From the NCBI GenBank assembly GCA_035358035.1, contig DAOPOS010000001.1, forward strand, positions 101,909 to 165,908: 64,000 bases of DNA, in the 5' to 3' direction. The notes below the pieces were generated by a model. It searched no databases, was not told the origin of the DNA, and worked only from the letters and a program-made list of their open reading frames with translations. This DNA comes from Syntrophales bacterium. Lineage in GTDB: Bacteria > Desulfobacterota > Syntrophia > Syntrophales > UBA2251. This document shows positions 59,496 to 64,000 of the stretch, piece after piece (the stretch's first letter is position 1; the number at the start of each line of letters is the position of its first letter). A program made the position numbers and the translations under genes.

Positions 59496-59616
59496 ATCAT
59501 TCCCTCCGGGGGAATCGACGCGCTCCGCGACAAACGGCCCGTCCCGGCCCCGCCTGCGCCGGCGGGCAGGGCGACCCGACGCCCTGCGGTGAGACCTCCC
59601 CTTCTCGTTCGGCCGG

Positions 59617-60366
59617 TTACGGAAGGTCCCAGGCCGTGCGCAGCCGCTCCCGGTCCTCCACCGCCAGCTGCACCAGGACCGGACACAGGGCCGGATCGAG
59701 CCAGCGGAGGATCTCTTCGAGCCGCGGCAGCGCCACGGCGGTGCACCCCGCCGTGGCCCGGTCCGGCCCGCCCCAGGCGTGAAGGAAGATGCAGGAGCCG
59801 CCGCCGGGCACGACCGGATCGTCGTTGTGGCCGATCACGGCCCCCAGGCGGTAAAGATCGTCCTTCCTCAGCATCTCCTCGTGGCGGCGCCAGGTCTGTG
59901 CCTCCACGGCGGCATCGACGAGGCGGTTGTAGCGGGGCGATGCGGGGTCGTCCACGCATTTGAGTCCGGCCGTGGCCTGACGGTAGGGCAGACGGATCCA
60001 GGGGACCTCCGCCGCCGGGGCGTAGCCGAAGGCGCCGCGGATCCTGAACATGCCCGCGGGAGACCGGCCGTCTCCCTCCCTTTTGACCGGACCGTCCGGC
60101 GGCGTCGCCAAGCCCCACCCCCGGGCCAGTCCGTTGCGCCCCAGGACGGCGGGGATCCGCCCCCCGACGGCCCGCCACGGCGTCCCCGCCGCCGTCCGCT
60201 CATACCGTTCGAGCACGGCGGCAACGGCGTTCCAGCCCTGCGCGGTCACCAGGAGGACCTGGCGCGATTCGGCCGGAATCGGCCTGACGTCCCGGTATTC
60301 ACAGGCGGACGGCCTCGCGGATGGAGACGGCATGATCACAGCCCCTGCAAGGCCGGGCTTCCCCAA
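59617..60366 (-). CDS. L,D-transpeptidase (YkuD) catalytic-domain family protein
   Basis: GGGSCIFLHAW...ATAGCTAV resembles the YkuD His...Cys catalytic signature. The start codon is uncertain. Confidence 0.6.
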   Translation of the reverse strand: MGKPGLAGAVIMPSPSARPSACEYRDVRPIPAESRQVLLVTAQGWNAVAAVLERYERTAAGTPWRAVGGRIPAVLGRNGLARGWGLATPPDGPVKREGDGRSPAGMFRIRGAFGYAPAAEVPWIRLPYRQATAGLKCVDDPASPRYNRLVDAAVEAQTWRRHEEMLRKDDLYRLGAVIGHNDDPVVPGGGSCIFLHAWGGPDRATAGCTAVALPRLEEILRWLDPALCPVLVQLAVEDRERLRTAWDLP

Positions 60367-60385
60367 CCCGGAGTCCCGCCGGGCC

Positions 60386-61348
60386 TCATCCGGCCGGGTC
60401 CTCCTTCTTTCCGGCCTCGTCGTCGATCACCATCTTCACGGGGTGCGGCAGGGCCAGCGAGGCGACGATCGACACCGCCAGCACCGCCGCGATGACGCCC
60501 AGGGAGAGTCCCACCGGAATCTTGACCCACTCCGTCAGGATCATCTTCACCCCGACGAAGGACAGGACCACCACCAGGCCGTAGCGCAGATAGTAGAACA
60601 GGCGCATCATCCCCGCCAGGGCGAAGAAGATCGACCTCAACCCCAGGATGGCGAACACGTTGGAGGTATAGACGATAAAGGGATCGGTGGTGATCGCCAG
60701 GACCGCCGGGATGGAGTCCACGGCGAAGATCACGTCCGTCGTCTCCAGGACGAGGACCACGGCGAACAGCGGCGTCGCCATCCACCGGCCCGCCTCCCGC
60801 ACGAAAAACCTCCCCCCGGCGTAATCGTTCGTTACCGGCATGACCTTGCGCAGGAGCTTGAGGGCGACGTTCCGGTCCGGGTGGACGTCCCCCTCCCCGC
60901 TCCGCGCCATCTTGACGGCGGTGAAGATGAGGAAGGCGCCGAAGACATAGATGATCCAGTGGAACTGCTCGATCAGGGCCACGCCGGCCGCGATGAACAC
61001 CGCCCGCATCACGAGCGCCCCGATGATCCCCCAGAACAGGGCCTTGTGCTCGTACTGCGGCGGGATGCCAAAGTACGAAAAGATCATGAGAAAGACGAAG
61101 AGGTTGTCTACGCTCAGGGACTCCTCAATGAGGTAGCCGGCGAGGAAGGCCAGGGCCTTCTCCGACCCCTTGACCCAATAGACGCCCAGGCAGAACAGCA
61201 TGGCGAGGCCGATCCAGAACGCCGTCCACAGCAGGGCTTCCCGGACCTTGATCACATGGGCCTTGCGGTTGAAGACGCCCAGATCCAGGGCCAGCATGAC
61301 GATCACGAAGGCAATGAAGATTCCCCAGTACAGCGTTTGTTCCGACAT
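60386..61348 (-). CDS. TerC-family integral membrane protein
   Basis: WTAFWIGLAMLF...YLIEESLSVDNLFVF...DVIFAVDSIPAV are the paired TerC motifs. Confidence 0.85.
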   Translation of the reverse strand: MSEQTLYWGIFIAFVIVMLALDLGVFNRKAHVIKVREALLWTAFWIGLAMLFCLGVYWVKGSEKALAFLAGYLIEESLSVDNLFVFLMIFSYFGIPPQYEHKALFWGIIGALVMRAVFIAAGVALIEQFHWIIYVFGAFLIFTAVKMARSGEGDVHPDRNVALKLLRKVMPVTNDYAGGRFFVREAGRWMATPLFAVVLVLETTDVIFAVDSIPAVLAITTDPFIVYTSNVFAILGLRSIFFALAGMMRLFYYLRYGLVVVLSFVGVKMILTEWVKIPVGLSLGVIAAVLAVSIVASLALPHPVKMVIDDEAGKKEDPAG

Positions 61349-61351
61349 CGA

Positions 61352-62683
61352 TCAGATTTTCCTTTGCAGTCTCTGGGCGGCGTGATGGATCACATCCCAG
61401 GCCCCGCCGAAGGGCGGGGCGTACGCGAGATCGAGCCAGCCGATCTCGTCCAGGGTCAGTCCGGACCACAGCGCCGCCGAGAGGGCGTTGATGCGGCCGA
61501 CCGCCCCCGTCTCCCCGATGGCCTGCGCGCCCAGCAGCTTGCCGTTTGCGCGGTCCGCCACGAGTTTCAGGCCGAGCTTCCGTTTTCCGAAGGGGCCGGC
61601 AATCGCGTTGCCCCAGAAGACGTCGCCGACGGGATCGAACCCCGCCTGCCGCGCCTCCGCCTCGTTCAGGCCCGTCGCCGCCGTTTCGAGCTCGAAGATC
61701 TTGAAGGACTGGGCCCCGACGACGCCCGGGTGCGCGGCGGGGCGGCCGCCGATGGTCCGGCCCGCCAGGCGGCCCTGCTTGTTGGCCGTATCGCCCAGGG
61801 GCAGATAGGCCCAGCGGCCGCTCACCCGGTGGTACACCTCGCAGCAGTCGCCGACGGCGTAAACGTTCGGGATCGATGTGCGCTGATGCGCGTCGACGCC
61901 GATCGCGCCCGTCGCGCCGATCCGGAGCCCCATGCCCCGGGCCAGGGCCACGTTCGGGGCGATGCCCACGGCCACGAGGACCAGGTCCGCCTCGATCGGT
62001 CCCCGGCTCGTCATCACCGTCAGCGGACAGGACGTTCCCGCCTCGATCCCGTGCAGCGCCGTATCCGCGAGAAAGGCCACGCCGTTCCGCTCCAGGGCGG
62101 CGACGATCTCCCGGGCGAGCTCGGCGTCCCAGCGCGCGACCGGCAGGTCGCCGCGATGGACGACCGTCGTCTCCATCCCGCGCTCGCGGAGGGCCTCGCA
62201 CATCTCCATGCCGATGAATCCCGCGCCGATGACCACGGCCTTGCGGCAGTCGCTCTGGTTCAGATGCGCCTTGATCCGGATGGCGTCCGCCAGGTTCTTC
62301 AGGAGGAAAACCCCCGGCAGGTCGAATCCCGGCCCCTCGGGAAGCCTCGGCTCGGCGCCGGTCGCCAGGACCAGCGCGTCGTAGGGCAGCAGTTCACCCG
62401 TGGTCAGCCGCGCGCGGCCCTGGGCGGCATCGACCGCCTCCACCGTCGACTCCAGGCGCACATCGATGCCCGCCTCCCGGAATTTTTCGGGCGTGCGGGC
62501 GACCAGCGTTTTTTCGTCCCTGATTACATCGCCGATGTAATAGGGCATCGGTCAGGCGGCATAGGACACGAACGCCCCCTGTTCGATCATCGTGATCTCC
62601 AGGGAGGGATCGTTCCGCTTGGCCTCCGCGGCCACGGATGGACCGGCCGCGCCCCCGCCGACAATGACGACCCGTTTCCCCAT
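61352..62683 (-). CDS. Pyridine nucleotide-disulfide oxidoreductase (CoA-disulfide reductase / NADH oxidase family) with in-frame TGA, probable selenocysteine at codon 44
   Basis: ATG at 62683 follows GGAGGTG. The N-terminus is MGKRVVIVGGGAAGPSVAAEAKR...FVSYAA-TGA(62554-62552)-PMPYYIG. The TGA aligns with the catalytic Cys of the SFANCGLPYYIG motif. The frame continues for 400 more codons (track ORF 61352..62548). Confidence 0.7.
62523..62541 (-). promoter_or_regulatory. Candidate bacterial SECIS hairpin
   Basis: mRNA AUUACAUC-GGC-GAUGUAAU forms an 8-bp stem starting 10 nt after the UGA, with a G-containing apical loop 19-21 nt downstream of the UGA. Confidence 0.45.
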
Positions 62684-62746
62684 CTTGCACCTCCGTCGGG
62701 TTTGTGGATGTTGACGGTCCCGCCGGTCCGCCCGGCCGGGCGCGAT

Positions 62747-63586
62747 CTATGTCACCGCCTGCGGCTTCCGGACGGCCAGGATCAGGCCTCCCGCGGCGAT
62801 CATGAGCAGGCACAGAAGCTGGCCCATGCTGAACAGTCCCAGGAACAGGCCGAGCTGCGCGTCCGGCTCCCGGAAATATTCGATCACGAAGCGCGCCGTC
62901 CCGTAGCCGATCACGTACAGGCCGAAGAGGAACCCGTCGAACGGGCTCCTCCGGCGGATCGCCCACAGGAGGAGGAACAGGAGAACCCCCTCGCCCAGGG
63001 CCTCGTAGAGCTGCGAGGGATGGCGGACGAGATGGTCGGCGTCGAGGGGGAAGATCATGCCCCAGGGGACGTCGGTCGCCCGGCCGTAGAGTTCCCCGTT
63101 GATGAAGTTTCCGATGCGGCCGAAGGTATAGCCCAGCGGGATCGCCGGGGCGAACAGGTCCGCCCAGTTCCAGAAATCCGCGCCCTGCCTCCGGCAGAAG
63201 AGCGCCGTCGCGACGATCACGCCGATCGCCCCGCCGTGGTAGGACATCCCGCTGATCCCGACGAAGCGGATGCCGTTCGTGAACTCGAACGGCAGGAGAA
63301 TCTCCAGGGGGTGCCCGAGGTAATAGCTGAAATTGTAGAAGAGGACATAGCCCAGGCGCGCCCCCAGGATGAGGCCGAAGATCGCCCACACGAAGTAGTC
63401 CTGCACCTGCTCGATGCGGTACGGATAGCCCTCCCGGCCGATCCGGCGACGGACCAGGAGGTACGTCACGCCGAAGGCCACCAGGTACATCAGGCTGTAA
63501 TACCGGAGTTGAAAACTGCCGATCTCCAGGAGGTTCGGACTGAGATGGAAGGGGAGGTACCGCCAGGATTCGAGGAGAGTCGCCAT
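62747..63586 (-). CDS. lgt: Prolipoprotein diacylglyceryl transferase
   Basis: YYSLMYLVAF, GMSYHGGAIG and FGRIGNFINGELYGR. Confidence 0.9.
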   Translation of the reverse strand: MATLLESWRYLPFHLSPNLLEIGSFQLRYYSLMYLVAFGVTYLLVRRRIGREGYPYRIEQVQDYFVWAIFGLILGARLGYVLFYNFSYYLGHPLEILLPFEFTNGIRFVGISGMSYHGGAIGVIVATALFCRRQGADFWNWADLFAPAIPLGYTFGRIGNFINGELYGRATDVPWGMIFPLDADHLVRHPSQLYEALGEGVLLFLLLWAIRRRSPFDGFLFGLYVIGYGTARFVIEYFREPDAQLGLFLGLFSMGQLLCLLMIAAGGLILAVRKPQAVT

Positions 63587-63588
63587 GC

Positions 63589-64000
63589 TCAGTAGGCCTC
63601 TCCCTTAAGATCTTCGACGTACAGCTGGGCGGCGTAGGCGGCGGTGGCGCCGTCGCCGCAGGCCGTGATCACCTGCCGGAGCAGTTTCTGAATGCAATCG
63701 CCGCAGGCGAAGATCCCCGGGACGGAGGTCCGCATGTCCGGATCGACCCGGACATACCCGTTCGGATCGCGGTCCGCGATGCCGGCCAGGAGGTCCGTGT
63801 TCGGCGTCAGCCCGATGAAGACGAAAACCCCTTCCGCCGGAATGACGCGGATCTCGTCGGGGTTCCGGACGTTCCGGATGCGGATCCCCTCCACGAAGTC
63901 CTTCCCCTCGACCGCCTGGACGACGCTGTCCCAGGCGAAGGCGATCTTCGGATGGGCAAAGGCGCGCTCGGGCAGGACGCCCGCCGCCCGCAGCCGCTCC
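63589..64000 (-). CDS. trxB: Thioredoxin-disulfide-reductase-like flavoprotein, C-terminal part (5' end beyond the window)
   Basis: GVFVFIGLTPNT...TSVPGIFACGDC...QVITACGDGATAA. The frame stays open to the window edge (..HPKIAFAWDSVVQAVEG..). Confidence 0.8.
   Translation of the reverse strand, partial: ERLRAAGVLPERAFAHPKIAFAWDSVVQAVEGKDFVEGIRIRNVRNPDEIRVIPAEGVFVFIGLTPNTDLLAGIADRDPNGYVRVDPDMRTSVPGIFACGDCIQKLLRQVITACGDGATAAYAAQLYVEDLKGEAY

Noticed and set aside
61349-61351. Looked for a Mn2+ (yybP-ykoY) riboswitch upstream of the TerC-family gene.
   Set aside because: Only 3 nt separate terC from the upstream oxidoreductase gene, so there is no room for a leader. The genes are probably co-transcribed.
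62549-62683. Alternative reading of the oxidoreductase as a pseudogene split by a nonsense mutation, or as two separate ORFs.
   Set aside because: Not fully excluded, but judged less likely. The stop is a TGA precisely at the catalytic Cys codon, both flanks are intact and in frame, the downstream part lacks its own RBS, and a hairpin sits at SECIS distance.

Overview
High-GC bacterial chromosomal segment (for example 47/60 G+C in the line starting at 1141). The gene content looks like an anaerobic deltaproteobacterium/Desulfobacterota-type organism, but that is inference only. The backbone carries metH, a fatty-acid/acyl-CoA cluster, tonB, pyrE, an AsmA-family gene, nfi, a PAS histidine kinase with a sigma-54 response regulator, rhlE, a tungsten-type aldehyde:ferredoxin oxidoreductase, pcm, fur, an acyl-CoA dehydrogenase, glk, cutA, an SMR pump, terC, lgt and trxB. 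Two low-GC accessory islands interrupt it.

Island 1 (about 4.1-9.9 kb; 17/60 G+C at 4201-4260) is the main candidate for a new system. It holds a frameshifted glycine-rich octapeptide-repeat gene, a DUF1883-TIR protein, and a ThsB-type (DUF1863) TIR protein tightly coupled to a 3-TM protein with an unassigned soluble N-domain. No SIR2, SLOG or Macro ThsA is present. A Dcm-Vsr-HNH restriction-modification operon and a transposase-type HTH remnant follow.

Island 2 (about 36.55-39.75 kb; 18/60 G+C at 38941-39000) is a decayed accessory patch. It holds an AbiEii toxin N-terminal fragment abutting another probable gene fragment, an XRE/ImmA(IrrE) pair with an operator-like repeat, a structured non-coding stretch with a minus-oriented terminator, and a DUF2188 gene.

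Other notable points:
- A complete N-type (alternative) F1Fo ATPase operon, atpD-C-Q-R-B-E-F-A-G, sits behind a near-consensus sigma-54 promoter and has two translationally coupled extra genes.
- A pyridine-nucleotide-disulfide oxidoreductase has an in-frame TGA exactly at the catalytic Cys position plus a downstream hairpin, so it is a probable selenoprotein. The ORF track splits it.
- A roughly 60-nt relic copy of the 3' end of the FAD-oxidoreductase gene lies after the second acyl-CoA ligase.
- One TetR regulator is a single-chain tandem.

No rRNA, tRNA or CRISPR array was recognised. All family assignments come from motif recognition by eye, with no database search.
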